IMG/VR virus record: IMGVR_UViG_3300031994_000005
Strand: one strand, 5' to 3'
Length of the DNA stretch: 64,000 nt
Origin: a virus
Made by a program: the position numbers and the translations under genes. Positions 46,185-57,020 of this stretch are shown here, piece by piece. A model generated the notes under the pieces. That model was given only the letters and a program-made list of their open reading frames with translations, did no database searches and was not told the DNA's origin. The stretch's first letter is position 1. Every line of letters begins with the position of its first letter.

Positions 46185-48194
46185 ATGCCTAAGAATAAGA
46201 CTGTTTTTCAGCGTTTGACGGACGTGGTTATTGGTGTTGGTAATGGAACAACCAACATGGGACCTGTAATAACGAACTATTCGCTGCCAAAAACAAACAA
46301 TGAAGTACTTTACACTTTTGATAATGAAGCCGACAGAGACAGGAAACTTCAACAGTTAAAGCAACAGAAACTATTAGCCTATCAGTGGGTGAAGATGGGC
46401 TATGATACATCTATGGAACAACTTGCGGGAAATAACCAAATCAAGGTTATGTACCGAGACGTTGACCTTATGGACACGTGGCCTGAAATCGGTGCTGCTT
46501 TGGACATTGCGGCTGAGGAGGCAACTTGTCTTAATCCAAAAAAGAAAATGTTGAACATTTACTCCAAATCAGAGAGAATACAATCTGTTTTGGAGGACTT
46601 GTTTGTGAATCGTCTTGACATACACATAACACTCCCAATGGTTGTAAGAGCAACCTGTAAATACGGAAATGAATTTATGTTCTTGAACATTGATCAGAAA
46701 AACGGTATTATGGGTTGGAGGGAGATGCCCGTACATGAGATACGTCGAGTGGAAAACGGTATGCAGAATGCATATTCTGGTTCATATAATTTCGGCGCTA
46801 TTACCGCATCAAAACTTAAGCCAGATGAAACCAAATTTGTATGGGAGGGACATAATGAGAATATCCCATACAAGAATTGGCAGGTCGCACACTTTAGATT
46901 GATAAAGGATTCGTTATATTTACCTTATGGTGTTTCTTGGCTTAACAAGGCAAGAAGACATTGGAGAATGTTGTCAATGATGGAAGACGCAATGTTGCTC
47001 TACAGACTTGAGAGGAGCATTGAGAGAAGGATATTCAAGGTAAATGTTGGTATGATTGATGATGCCGATGTACCCGCATTCCTTCAGGAGTTTATGAACA
47101 ATGTCAAGCGTGCACCAATTATTGATCCGCAAACAGGTCAGATAGACCTTAGGAAAAATTTCCTTGATGTGAGTGCGGATTATGTGATTCCTGTTAGAAC
47201 CGGACAAGACCCAACTTCCATAGATACGTTGGCAAGTGCTCAGAATCCAACATCTATGGATGATATCAATTATATGCAGAACAAGATTTTCTCCGCATTG
47301 AGAATACCTAAGACATTCCTTAATTTTTCTGAAGCGCAGGGAAAGGCACAGAATTTGTCACTTGTTGATATCAGGTTCAACCGTATGATAAACAGTATAC
47401 AACAAGCCATATTGATGGAATTGACAAAGATTGCAATCATTCATCTTTATTTGCTTGGTTTTACGGATGATTTGACCAATTTCTCACTTACCCTAAACAA
47501 CCCGTCCAATCAGATAGAGGAGATGGAGTTGGACAGCCTTACCAAGAAGATAAATGCAGCAACCGCAGCCCTTGCAGAACAGGGTGGTGGCATACCTGTA
47601 ATGTCTTGGCATGAGGTACAGAAGGAGATTATGGGTAAGACTGATTCGGAGATTTCAAGTATTCTGAACGAGATACGTCTTGAGGCTGCTCTTGCAATGG
47701 AATTACAGATGACAAGTCAGATTATCAAGAAGACGGGACTATTTAATAAGGTAGACAGAATCTATGGAGAACCCGGTGCCGAATACAATCCACAAGCAAT
47801 GCAGGGTGAAGAAGGTATGCCCGGCGGCGGAGGCGGCGGTGGTATGCCGGCTTTAGGCGGTGGAGATATGGGCTTCGGTGATGAACTTGGAGATATGGGT
47901 GAACCGGGCGCCGATGATGAAGGTGATCTTGGCGGAGATGAAGGAACCGCAGACCTTGGAGACGGTTTACCGCCAATGGAAGGTGTTTCGGAAGACAAGG
48001 ACTCCAAACTTTTAACTGAGGATGTTTTGAACAGTATGAAGTTCTTTAACGAGTATATGTTGAATATCACACCGAAGGACAAGGTTGTCAACAATAGAGT
48101 CAACGTCATTGATAAGAGTTTTTTAATCAATGAAGAAATGGATTCGATAATAAAAGACCTTGAAAATAAGACAAAAAAAGAAATTTTAAATTAA
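46185..48194 (+). CDS. Portal protein (gp20-like)
   Basis: PEI.AALD, L.MMEDAML.YRL.RS.ERRIF.V.VG, DY.IPVR, IDTL, ALRIPK. Confidence 0.93.
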   Translation: MPKNKTVFQRLTDVVIGVGNGTTNMGPVITNYSLPKTNNEVLYTFDNEADRDRKLQQLKQQKLLAYQWVKMGYDTSMEQLAGNNQIKVMYRDVDLMDTWPEIGAALDIAAEEATCLNPKKKMLNIYSKSERIQSVLEDLFVNRLDIHITLPMVVRATCKYGNEFMFLNIDQKNGIMGWREMPVHEIRRVENGMQNAYSGSYNFGAITASKLKPDETKFVWEGHNENIPYKNWQVAHFRLIKDSLYLPYGVSWLNKARRHWRMLSMMEDAMLLYRLERSIERRIFKVNVGMIDDADVPAFLQEFMNNVKRAPIIDPQTGQIDLRKNFLDVSADYVIPVRTGQDPTSIDTLASAQNPTSMDDINYMQNKIFSALRIPKTFLNFSEAQGKAQNLSLVDIRFNRMINSIQQAILMELTKIAIIHLYLLGFTDDLTNFSLTLNNPSNQIEEMELDSLTKKINAATAALAEQGGGIPVMSWHEVQKEIMGKTDSEISSILNEIRLEAALAMELQMTSQIIKKTGLFNKVDRIYGEPGAEYNPQAMQGEEGMPGGGGGGGMPALGGGDMGFGDELGDMGEPGADDEGDLGGDEGTADLGDGLPPMEGVSEDKDSKLLTEDVLNSMKFFNEYMLNITPKDKVVNNRVNVIDKSFLINEEMDSIIKDLENKTKKEILN

Positions 48195-48197
48195 GCA

Positions 48198-49094
48198 ATG
48201 AAAAAAATAGATTTAACAAATATCAATAACCTCGAACTGTTGAAAGAGAACTTCATAAATGTGATTGATGAACACATATCAAGTGAAAAAAACAGAATGG
48301 CTATTTCAAATGCGGATAGTAAAAATGTAGGAGAATTAAAATATATTTTCGAACACGTTTCAGACAAATTATATAACGATGCATCTGGAAAGGGGTTAAT
48401 AAAGAAATATATAAACACGGTTAAGGAGAATAAGGGACTTAAGAATTTCTACACGTTGTTTGAGACAATAAAGAACATCAATGGTGTTAACGATTCGTCT
48501 GTCTTTCTTAACGAGGCAATCAAACTTACAAAGAAGATTGGTGTCAATGAAGAGAAGAAACTTAGGGATGTGGTTAAGGAAGCAATCCTTTCTTCGGATA
48601 TGTCTGATGATGATTTGAATAGTATTATGGATTCCTATTCCAAAAACATTGACAAAGAAATATCAACAGTTCTTTTGGAAAAGTGTACCCCTAAGAATAT
48701 TTTGGAATACAGCAACAGTCTTGACAAGGTAAGGAATATGCTTGGTGACAGACATGAAGTTGTAAATGAATCAAAAGAGAGTCCAAAGGAAATTGTTGAC
48801 AAATTGAACGGGCTTGTTGACGAGAGTTTTGAACAGTGGGAGCGCGATGTTATTAGGGACATTTCACTCTATACAGTGGCAAATAAGGACAAATCTGAAT
48901 TGTTTGAGGCATATAAGAATGACTGCATCAACCTCATAAAGGAAACCATTGAAAACTGTGAAAGTGTTGAGGAGAAAAGTCGTTTTACTACAATGTCAGA
49001 AAACCTTTTGAACAAGCAGTATTGTGAGGAGAATTTTGCAGCAGATATGTTAAAACTTTCAGAACTTAAGGACACTTTGAGATGTAATCTGTGA
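48198..49094 (+). CDS. Hypothetical helical protein downstream of the portal gene
   Basis: 298-aa ORF in the operon. Confidence 0.8.
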   Translation: MKKIDLTNINNLELLKENFINVIDEHISSEKNRMAISNADSKNVGELKYIFEHVSDKLYNDASGKGLIKKYINTVKENKGLKNFYTLFETIKNINGVNDSSVFLNEAIKLTKKIGVNEEKKLRDVVKEAILSSDMSDDDLNSIMDSYSKNIDKEISTVLLEKCTPKNILEYSNSLDKVRNMLGDRHEVVNESKESPKEIVDKLNGLVDESFEQWERDVIRDISLYTVANKDKSELFEAYKNDCINLIKETIENCESVEEKSRFTTMSENLLNKQYCEENFAADMLKLSELKDTLRCNL

Positions 49095-49110
49095 AAATCT
49101 TACTTTAATT

Positions 49111-49896
49111 ATGGGTAATGTTGTAGCGAAAAGTTACGGAAGATGCGGCAACCAAATGTTTATTTCTGCGGTTGCTGCATCTTATGCGAAAAGAACGGGC
49201 AGAACTTTTTGCGGGCTTATTAGGGGATATTATAATGAACCGTATATTGACGACACCATACTTAAAAACATCAAGTTTCATAATGACAAGGATTTTGATT
49301 TATCCGATTATGAGATAAATGAAATGAAAAACACTATAGGGGATGGTATTTGTCCCGAATTTACAAAAGATAATGTTTGTTTCAACGGATATTTCCAAGA
49401 CATAACATTAATTGACAAGAACGTGGCATATGACCTGTTTTCACCCGATGAGAAGATATTAAAGGATATTTATGATATGTATGGTGACCTGTCGGATTAT
49501 GTATGTGTTAATATAAGACGCGGTGATTACCTGCAATACGATTTTACGAGGGTTTTTAGCGTCGATGAGGTAAAGCAGATATTGGACAAGTACTTTCACA
49601 ACGAAAAGAAAGTAATTTTTGTCTCCGATGACATTGAATGGTGCAAGACCAATTTTTCAGATAACAAAAAGCCTTGTTTTGCGGATAAACAATATTATTG
49701 TAAACCATATATTGATTTGTATATACAGACACAGTGCAAAAGCAACATCATTTCAAATTCCACGTTTTCTTGGTGGGGTGCATATTTAAACAAGCATCCC
49801 GAAAAAGTAGTTTGTCATTGGCCTTGGTTTAAAAATGGTTCCGTGAATGACTGCAAATACATTTTACCAAAAGATTGGATAAAGGAGTGTTCTTAA
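49111..49896 (+). CDS. Alpha-1,2-fucosyltransferase-like (GT11)
   Basis: GR.GNQMF, GYFQ, IRRGDY, SDDIEWCK, IISNSTFSWWGAYL. Confidence 0.9.
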   Translation: MGNVVAKSYGRCGNQMFISAVAASYAKRTGRTFCGLIRGYYNEPYIDDTILKNIKFHNDKDFDLSDYEINEMKNTIGDGICPEFTKDNVCFNGYFQDITLIDKNVAYDLFSPDEKILKDIYDMYGDLSDYVCVNIRRGDYLQYDFTRVFSVDEVKQILDKYFHNEKKVIFVSDDIEWCKTNFSDNKKPCFADKQYYCKPYIDLYIQTQCKSNIISNSTFSWWGAYLNKHPEKVVCHWPWFKNGSVNDCKYILPKDWIKECS

Positions 49897-49978
49897 TATA
49901 ATGTGATCAATTAATTTGATCACATTTTTTGTTTTATACAAATATTTTTTGTATTTTTATTAAAATACAAAAAAAATT

Positions 49979-50422
49979 GTGAAAACTATAAGATTAAACA
50001 GGGAGAAAAAAATTGAAAATGATTTATTAAAAGTAAAAATCGGAACAACAAATAAGGAAAATCCAAGAATTGTCTATGTAGACGGGCGTGTCTTTATTAG
50101 TCCAACCGTAGAAATGAAGGATTATACGGATGAAATTGAGGATATAAGGAAGAGGTTTAAGAAGAATATTGGTAAGCATCTTAAGTACAGCAATCTGTTT
50201 GACAATAGATTTATACTTAATTTTGACATATCGTCAAGTAGAATGATCAAAGACAAGAGGAGTTTCCTGTCATTCCAATTTTACCTGAAACAAAAGGAAA
50301 CAACCCCACTTCCGATTAATGTTATTAAAAGCAAGGGTGAGGGTTTCATAAATAGTCTTATTTCGTCACTGGTTGAAGATGTAGAAGAACATAATTTTAC
50401 AATGCATAAAACAAGGAAATGA
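49979..50422 (+). CDS. Hypothetical protein
   Basis: 147-aa ORF with GTG start. Confidence 0.7.
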   Translation: MKTIRLNREKKIENDLLKVKIGTTNKENPRIVYVDGRVFISPTVEMKDYTDEIEDIRKRFKKNIGKHLKYSNLFDNRFILNFDISSSRMIKDKRSFLSFQFYLKQKETTPLPINVIKSKGEGFINSLISSLVEDVEEHNFTMHKTRK

Positions 50423-50447
50423 AGTATTTATATACAAAAGAGGTTTT

Positions 50448-50834
50448 ATGCAGTATTTCTACATTAATCACGGTTCGGTAAACAATCCCCTCCGTATTGA
50501 ATTGATCAATGATGGTAGATATGAATTTATGAAATCTGCGCTTTATAACAATGCAATACAAAACGCAGATGTTACATTCTCAATGAGAGATGAGGATGGT
50601 GTGTTAAGGGTTTCTAATGCACCATGTAATCTTATATTGGTTGATGAAAATAGTTGTGAGGAACGATATATAATTGAATACCAATGGAAACAAAGGGATA
50701 CCAAGAAACCCGGTAAATATATCGGTACATTCGAGATTACGTTCAAAGGTGATCTTTATGAGGATGGTGTGACATATCCAAGCGGAAATCTTATTGTACC
50801 AATATATGAGGATTTGGGAATAATTATAAAGTAA
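50448..50834 (+). CDS. Putative structural (BppU-like beta) protein
   Basis: VTFSM...Y.W...DT..PG.Y.G.F.I.F; TATTTAT at 50425. Confidence 0.55.
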   Translation: MQYFYINHGSVNNPLRIELINDGRYEFMKSALYNNAIQNADVTFSMRDEDGVLRVSNAPCNLILVDENSCEERYIIEYQWKQRDTKKPGKYIGTFEITFKGDLYEDGVTYPSGNLIVPIYEDLGIIIK

Positions 50835-51171
50835 TCTTCCTACAAGCCATTCCCCTTTCCTTGGCCATATTGTACAATATTTGGTCTGCCTTTATGTCAT
50901 TGTCAAACAGAACAAGCGCATCACATGTTTCCAACATCTTCTCATTACGCTCTTTAAGGGCGTTTTTTCCGTTTCTGCCCCAATCGGTGTAGAATGTCCT
51001 GACATCGATACCATAACGCGCAGAAAACTTGTCAACAAACCTGTCACCTGTGGTGTAGATAGTTATGCCTTGACCACTTTGTGCCTTGTTTTTCAACAGA
51101 TGTATGCACTTTTCCTTGAAAAAATCATAATTCCCAGTACTTTCTCCTCCTATAATAGCAACCTTGAACAT
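50824..51171 (-). CDS. SLOG/YspA-like protein
   Basis: KVAIIGG...DW.R.GK.A...RN..M...DAL..F. Confidence 0.65.
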   Translation of the reverse strand: MFKVAIIGGESTGNYDFFKEKCIHLLKNKAQSGQGITIYTTGDRFVDKFSARYGIDVRTFYTDWGRNGKNALKERNEKMLETCDALVLFDNDIKADQILYNMAKERGMACRKITL

Positions 51172-51425
51172 TAAATGGTATTTTTAATTACATAGCAAAT
51201 ATACAAAAATAATCTTGAGTTTATAGGAGGCCGCCATAAAAGGCTGGCCTCCCGTTTATGCAATACTTAGGAATGTGACCATACTTTAGTATGATTTGTC
51301 CTGTTTATATATAATTATCCGCTCATTTTAGTTAAAAACCCCGATTGAAACTTTTCTGTAAATAAAGTCAGAATGCTCGTCTTAAAGTGATGGGATTAGA
51401 TATTTATAGTATATAATGTGCAATT

Positions 51426-52838
51426 ATGGTAACAAGAACATTTATAGACAAATGTACCACAATAGTAAAGAACAGTGAGGAGAATTTCGGTTTGAATCCT
51501 GTTGCAATGCTAAATCACGGTTTTGCGACATCCCGTGTTTTATTGCATTTCGATGTGGAGCATTTACGTGAACTGTACAATGATAAGACATATCCTGACG
51601 TAACAAAGATGAAGCATATCCTTAGAATGACAAACTGTGCTTCAATAGATGAAAGGACGTTCAAATACTTCATTCCAAGCAATGACCAAAACTTGGTAAA
51701 GAAAAGAGCCACGTCATTTGAAATTCTGTGTTTTAAGGTACCGATAAAATGGGACGAGGGTGTCGGTTTTGACTATTCGTCTGACGTTTGGTTTACGGGA
51801 AGTAATGCATTCTCCATTGAGGGTTGCAATTGGTATCAGGCATATAACGGATGTGATTGGGCTGAGGAAGGTGTATATTCGACTGACACACTGACAAAGG
51901 AGTATGTCAAATTCTCCAATAACGAACCCGATATTGTTGTTGCAAGACAACATTTTGACCACGGTAACGAGGATTTGGAAATAGATTTGACTGATTATGT
52001 AAACTCATTGATAGTGAATGGCGGACATAATTATGGTGTTGGATTGTGTTTCACACCTATGACTGAAGAAAGTGCAAGTACACTTACACAGTATGTCGGT
52101 TTCTTTACAAACAACACAAACACATTCTTTGAACCGTTCTTAGAAACAAAATATGACGATTGTATAGAAGATGATAGAAATAAGTTCTATCTCGGAAAAA
52201 CAAATCGTCTTTACTTGTATTCGAATATAGGCGGTAGCCTTGAGAATCTTGACTATATGCCGACCTGTACAATAGATGACGTGTCATACGAGGTAAAACA
52301 ACAAACTAAGGGTGTTTATTATGTTGATGTCAAGTTTTCCAAGGAAGATTACAAAAAAGACACAATAGTCAGTGATGTATGGAGCAATCTGTCATACAAT
52401 GGAGATAAGATTGATGACGTTGAGCAGGAATTTGTGACTCTTGCGCCTGAGACATTCTTTGATATGAGCGGAAATGTGGGGTTGAATGAGAAATATAGTG
52501 CTACAATAGTCGGAATAGACGACTATGAGGAAATTGAATCCAATGACGTAAGAATGGTTAAGGTGGTATTCAGAAAAAAATACACTAATGGTGAATATGT
52601 CACAATAAACGGAGCCAAATACAGACTTTATGTTATGAGCGGGGATAAAGAGGTTGATGTGATAGATTGGGACAATATCCATTCAACATATGGCTGCAAT
52701 TACTTTATGTTGGACACAAATACACTTGTACCTAATGAATATCATATTGACATTAAAGTGAATATTGGAAACGAACTTAAAGTTTTCAAGGATGAGATAA
52801 AATTTACAATAACGAAAAACAGTCAACTCAAAAAATAA
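51426..52838 (+). CDS. Putative virion structural protein
   Basis: 470-aa beta-rich protein; late motif upstream; near baseplate genes. Confidence 0.7.
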   Translation: MVTRTFIDKCTTIVKNSEENFGLNPVAMLNHGFATSRVLLHFDVEHLRELYNDKTYPDVTKMKHILRMTNCASIDERTFKYFIPSNDQNLVKKRATSFEILCFKVPIKWDEGVGFDYSSDVWFTGSNAFSIEGCNWYQAYNGCDWAEEGVYSTDTLTKEYVKFSNNEPDIVVARQHFDHGNEDLEIDLTDYVNSLIVNGGHNYGVGLCFTPMTEESASTLTQYVGFFTNNTNTFFEPFLETKYDDCIEDDRNKFYLGKTNRLYLYSNIGGSLENLDYMPTCTIDDVSYEVKQQTKGVYYVDVKFSKEDYKKDTIVSDVWSNLSYNGDKIDDVEQEFVTLAPETFFDMSGNVGLNEKYSATIVGIDDYEEIESNDVRMVKVVFRKKYTNGEYVTINGAKYRLYVMSGDKEVDVIDWDNIHSTYGCNYFMLDTNTLVPNEYHIDIKVNIGNELKVFKDEIKFTITKNSQLKK

Positions 52839-52839
52839 T

Positions 52840-53193
52840 ATGAAGAAGATTATACTTACAGAGAATAAACTCAGGGAAATGGTTGTAAATGCCGTTAAGA
52901 GGGCAATTACGGAGTCAATAGACCTACAGAACGTCTATACAATGGAAAAGTGGCGTAATGACAGGACACTTAAAGTTCAGGAAGGTCAAATTATAGAACC
53001 TGAAGTATTCTATCAATTAATGGGTAGTGTACCACCGGAAACATACAGTAATGGAATATTTCAACCGGGTGAACCCGCTGATCATGAGTTCAGAACAGGA
53101 AGGGCACTATATCTGACATTTGAGCACGTTGGCGATAATTTCTATAAATATGTGGGACTTCGCCCATCGCCAAACGATGATAAAATGGGTTAA
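52840..53193 (+). CDS. Hypothetical protein with leader motif
   Basis: MKKIILTENKLREMVVNAVKRAITES. Confidence 0.8.
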   Translation: MKKIILTENKLREMVVNAVKRAITESIDLQNVYTMEKWRNDRTLKVQEGQIIEPEVFYQLMGSVPPETYSNGIFQPGEPADHEFRTGRALYLTFEHVGDNFYKYVGLRPSPNDDKMG

Positions 53194-53207
53194 TGGAAAC
53201 TAGAAAT

Positions 53208-53236
53208 AAAAAGCACCTTGTATTAGGTGCTTTTTT
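53208..53236. terminator. Bidirectional terminator
   Basis: aaaaagcacct/aggtgcttttt. Confidence 0.75.
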
Positions 53237-53247
53237 CTATTTTGTTC

Positions 53248-54153
53248 TTACATTGCTCTTATATTTTTCGATAACATTTCCCCGAAATTGACTTCATCGA
53301 GCCGTATCAATTCGGGTGTTGGGTGATCCTTAGCCATTGATGGTCCCCAATCGTGCACGTGATTGTATATTGCCTCCCTGAATATATTCAGAATCTCGAC
53401 TAACTTGTCACCATATACAATCGGGTGTGCATTACTTATAATGGTTTTGATTTTGCTATCATCTAACATTTCGGAACCACTTTTGTTCTCTCCGTTATCA
53501 CCCGGTATATTGGATGAACTTACGAGATTGATTTCTTCGGCACTGATTGTAGCAACACTTCCCGCATAACCAACAAGTGTATCGAGTTTTTTCTTGTCAT
53601 CATTCCACCCAATCTTGCTAATACTAATCGCCGAGTCATAATATTTCATATGAACAAAGGCAGAATTCAAACTATTGAATTTCAGTGTTTTTCCGTTTAC
53701 ATCATAAGTTTCAAGCCTTGCACCGCAACGTATCCTTACGCTACTATCACCCATTATTATGTCAGTGTTTCCTCTTCCATATAATGCGGTTTCATTGTCT
53801 TTTGCAAATGTTCCATTAAAATTAGGGGACAGTTCTGGGTTTCTTTTAATTCTGTCGTGAAGACCCAAACCCGCCAATGCGGTCACGTCGTCATTTAACC
53901 ACATATTTTGGGGTTGTGATATAAGCGGACCGATATATGTGCGGGCTATTGGATTGCCATCTGTGTCGGTAATCGGAATTACAACGACATATTCATATAC
54001 TTTTGGTTTTACAAAAAATAATTTCGGCAATAACGGAAATGCAAGTTTATTTTCATTTATTGTTTCATCATTGTCTAATTCAGGAACATATACATATATC
54101 CTGCCCATACCCTTTTCATCTGTGGTTTGTAATACCCTACCTGTGTATACCAT
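53248..54153 (-). CDS. Baseplate hub/spike protein (gp5/gpV-like)
   Basis: N-terminal OB-fold pattern G.V....D..G.GRI.V..P...P.V.E.V.V and C-terminal H.H motif (NHVH). Confidence 0.65.
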   Translation of the reverse strand: MVYTGRVLQTTDEKGMGRIYVYVPELDNDETINENKLAFPLLPKLFFVKPKVYEYVVVIPITDTDGNPIARTYIGPLISQPQNMWLNDDVTALAGLGLHDRIKRNPELSPNFNGTFAKDNETALYGRGNTDIIMGDSSVRIRCGARLETYDVNGKTLKFNSLNSAFVHMKYYDSAISISKIGWNDDKKKLDTLVGYAGSVATISAEEINLVSSSNIPGDNGENKSGSEMLDDSKIKTIISNAHPIVYGDKLVEILNIFREAIYNHVHDWGPSMAKDHPTPELIRLDEVNFGEMLSKNIRAM

Positions 54154-54182
54154 TTCTACTCTCGTTAAAAAAAAAATGTTAT

Positions 54183-54581
54183 TTAACCACCGAAACCAAA
54201 CACCTTAAATGGTAATATATTGAAACCATTTGCAATAAACGAGCCGCCCGCATTTGAACCCCATGCTGATATCGATATCCCACCAATTGGTCCTGCGGCT
54301 TGGACTGATGACTGTTGTTTATACATATCAACAAGTTCTTCGGCAAAAACTTTTATAATTGTTTCATAACCATTTTGAGCACCATCAGGCAATGGACCGA
54401 AAGCAAGACCGTGTTTTTTCTGTTTCGATATAATTCTTGCTGCAAGTTCCATTGCAGAAAGTCCCGGTCTGTTAATTGCGGAGCAAACAATTAATATTGC
54501 AGGAATTGCCGCCTGTGGTGGTCTGAGTGAATTGATTGTTTTATTTAGTGTATCGGCAATTTTTTTTATTGTTGTTATCAT
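54183..54581 (-). CDS. Hypothetical (probably baseplate-associated) protein
   Basis: 132-aa ORF coupled within a late operon. Confidence 0.7.
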   Translation of the reverse strand: MITTIKKIADTLNKTINSLRPPQAAIPAILIVCSAINRPGLSAMELAARIISKQKKHGLAFGPLPDGAQNGYETIIKVFAEELVDMYKQQSSVQAAGPIGGISISAWGSNAGGSFIANGFNILPFKVFGFGG

Positions 54582-56590
54582 GGTTCTTTAGTTGGATTAC
54601 ATTCGTCATTATTTGGCGGTGTGGCCGTTGGGACAATGTCAGCATACATTACATTGTCTATAGTAACATTACTATATTTATTTCTTAGGAGTCTGCCAAT
54701 CATTCCAAAATCAAACGTACAGTTTTCAAGTATTGTGTTTATCAGTTTCCTGTAGTCATTTATTGCTTCCTTTATGAGTTTCATCGCATACAGTTGAAGT
54801 AACGGCGTTATTTGTCTCATTACATAACTTAGCAACATTTGGACTATGATTTCTTTTATTTCAAGAATCACTTGAAATAGCATATTTTTGAAGTTTTTAA
54901 TGAAATCACCCCAACCGTCAAATTTCATCTTGTCATTTTCATTCCATTCTGAAATGTCACCCATTACTTCACTGTTGATTTTAAACAGAACGGCGATTTT
55001 TGGTGATAATATTGACAAAACAAGCTGTACGGACAATTCATTAAGGAGTTTTTCTATGATGGTATTACTCATCGAGAAACTGAAATTGTCTTTTGCGGTG
55101 TCTTCCGTCCCACCGGTATATGCAAACTTGGTAAATACGTTTTTAATTATTGTTTTCTGTTCGTCTGGAGTTGTTGCGGCATCAATACTTTCAATCATAC
55201 TGCTCAATTCCTCCATTGTCACACCCGGTTCTATTGCAGCATCTTCATCATCAGCAATTTTTATCTTACCGTTGTAACGTTCTTTTGCTTCTTCAAGCAT
55301 TACGTCATAATCCCTGTTACTGAATCTAAGGAAACAATCATCGATTTCGGTATCTTCCATTGTAATCACTTCTTCAACGAGGTTTCTGACCTCACCCTTT
55401 ATCAACTCCTCTTCAACTGAAAAAGTAAACTCGGTTGCCTTTATTGTCTGAAACAACGCATAGATGATTCTTGACACAATCGTTTTTGTGTCAAATAATT
55501 TTGTATACCAAATATATTCGAAGTTGAATTCAAATACGGTGCTGTTCATCCACAATGTAACATATTCTTCATGTGGTTTTTTCTCACCCGTCTTTTTGTC
55601 TTTTTTCCGTATATCCAATGGTATTCTAAGGCATCGTCTTCCATATCTCCACGGATTTATGAAGAAACGTACAACATTTGTATTTAGATTTTTCACAAAC
55701 GCCGCACCATTTGTCGGTTTCCACTCATCTTTATCTCCCGGTGTTTCCTCAAATTGCCCAATTAGCATCCCATACTGTCTTATCTTGTTACTTTTAGATG
55801 TGACGTCATAATACTTGTTTTTGAACCGTGTTTCGAGTTGTTTTTCATCATCATTAAAAAACTCCGCCCTTAAATCATCATCCTTTGCGAGTTTTTCTAT
55901 GAATTTACACCTGTTATCCCAAAAATACGGGCGTTTTAACTTGTTTCCACTACTTCTGTGTATAATATACCAAAGGTATGCGTCAAAGTCACAGGAAGCC
56001 CATAAATGGTTTGCACTATATGCTGTAAGTGTTTTCAACTCACCGTCCCTATACCGATTATATATTGGCGTATATGCGTCAAAATAATAGTTTTTGCCCT
56101 TATCGGACACGGGACACAATTGTAATGTATCAAACAGGTCTATGTCAGAAATTTTAATTGCAACGCCATTGCCTTCGGGGTAAATAGGAATGTGTCTGCT
56201 TTGCCCCTTTTCTTCAATGTCAGTCGGATAGAGAAGTCTGTCAGGTATGAGCGGGTTTAGCGAACACGTAAACATATTCTTCACGTTCGCCAATAATATC
56301 GCCTTGATAGCATATTCTATCTTGTCGAGAAAAGAATCCTTATCGGATAACCATCCGCAAATTTCATCAAGTAAATCATCTTCAGATATACCGAACATTT
56401 TAAGAATGTTCAATAAAAAAGAGACACTTGATTTTGTTGCGTCACCGCTAATTGAATCGTCGGTTATAACAATAGGATACTCTTCAAGAATGGTTCTAAT
56501 CGCAGATATTGAGTTTATCGCGGTATCCACACTCTCTTTATCTTTCGATTTGAGTTTCTTTTTGGACTTCTTCCTGTCTTTTAATGCCAT
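54578..56590 (-). CDS. Hypothetical (probably structural) protein
   Basis: 670-aa ORF coupled within a late operon. Confidence 0.8.
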   Translation of the reverse strand: MALKDRKKSKKKLKSKDKESVDTAINSISAIRTILEEYPIVITDDSISGDATKSSVSFLLNILKMFGISEDDLLDEICGWLSDKDSFLDKIEYAIKAILLANVKNMFTCSLNPLIPDRLLYPTDIEEKGQSRHIPIYPEGNGVAIKISDIDLFDTLQLCPVSDKGKNYYFDAYTPIYNRYRDGELKTLTAYSANHLWASCDFDAYLWYIIHRSSGNKLKRPYFWDNRCKFIEKLAKDDDLRAEFFNDDEKQLETRFKNKYYDVTSKSNKIRQYGMLIGQFEETPGDKDEWKPTNGAAFVKNLNTNVVRFFINPWRYGRRCLRIPLDIRKKDKKTGEKKPHEEYVTLWMNSTVFEFNFEYIWYTKLFDTKTIVSRIIYALFQTIKATEFTFSVEEELIKGEVRNLVEEVITMEDTEIDDCFLRFSNRDYDVMLEEAKERYNGKIKIADDEDAAIEPGVTMEELSSMIESIDAATTPDEQKTIIKNVFTKFAYTGGTEDTAKDNFSFSMSNTIIEKLLNELSVQLVLSILSPKIAVLFKINSEVMGDISEWNENDKMKFDGWGDFIKNFKNMLFQVILEIKEIIVQMLLSYVMRQITPLLQLYAMKLIKEAINDYRKLINTILENCTFDFGMIGRLLRNKYSNVTIDNVMYADIVPTATPPNNDECNPTKEP

Positions 56591-56994
56591 TACTTCTTGG
56601 TTATATATTCTTCGGTATTACCGTTATCTACAGATGATGCGTCTTTGGCTAATTTCCTTAACTTGTTGATGTCGAGTGTTGTAGGTATGTTTTTACTTGC
56701 GTCTATTGCACTGTTAATGTCGCCATTGTGCTTGACAATTTCACTCATCAATTTTGCAATATCCTGTTTTTGAGCAATCGACTTTTGCTGCAAAGATATG
56801 TAATTAGCCATTATCTTCGCATATTTTTCCTTCCCATCAATGTCCAGTTGGTTTATGGTGGTAGTGTTTGCTATCTTGTTTATCTCATCTTGAATCTGTT
56901 TGTGCTGTTGGCTTGCAAGATTATATGTTTCCTGTAACAACTGCTCAATCTTATCAACATTATTTAACTTAATAGTGTATCTTCGCTTGTCCAT
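56590..56994 (-). CDS. Hypothetical coiled-coil protein
   Basis: 134 aa; TATTTAT upstream (57014-57020, minus strand). Confidence 0.75.
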   Translation of the reverse strand: MDKRRYTIKLNNVDKIEQLLQETYNLASQQHKQIQDEINKIANTTTINQLDIDGKEKYAKIMANYISLQQKSIAQKQDIAKLMSEIVKHNGDINSAIDASKNIPTTLDINKLRKLAKDASSVDNGNTEEYITKK

Positions 56995-57020
56995 TACTAA
57001 AAAGATTTATTATATAAATA

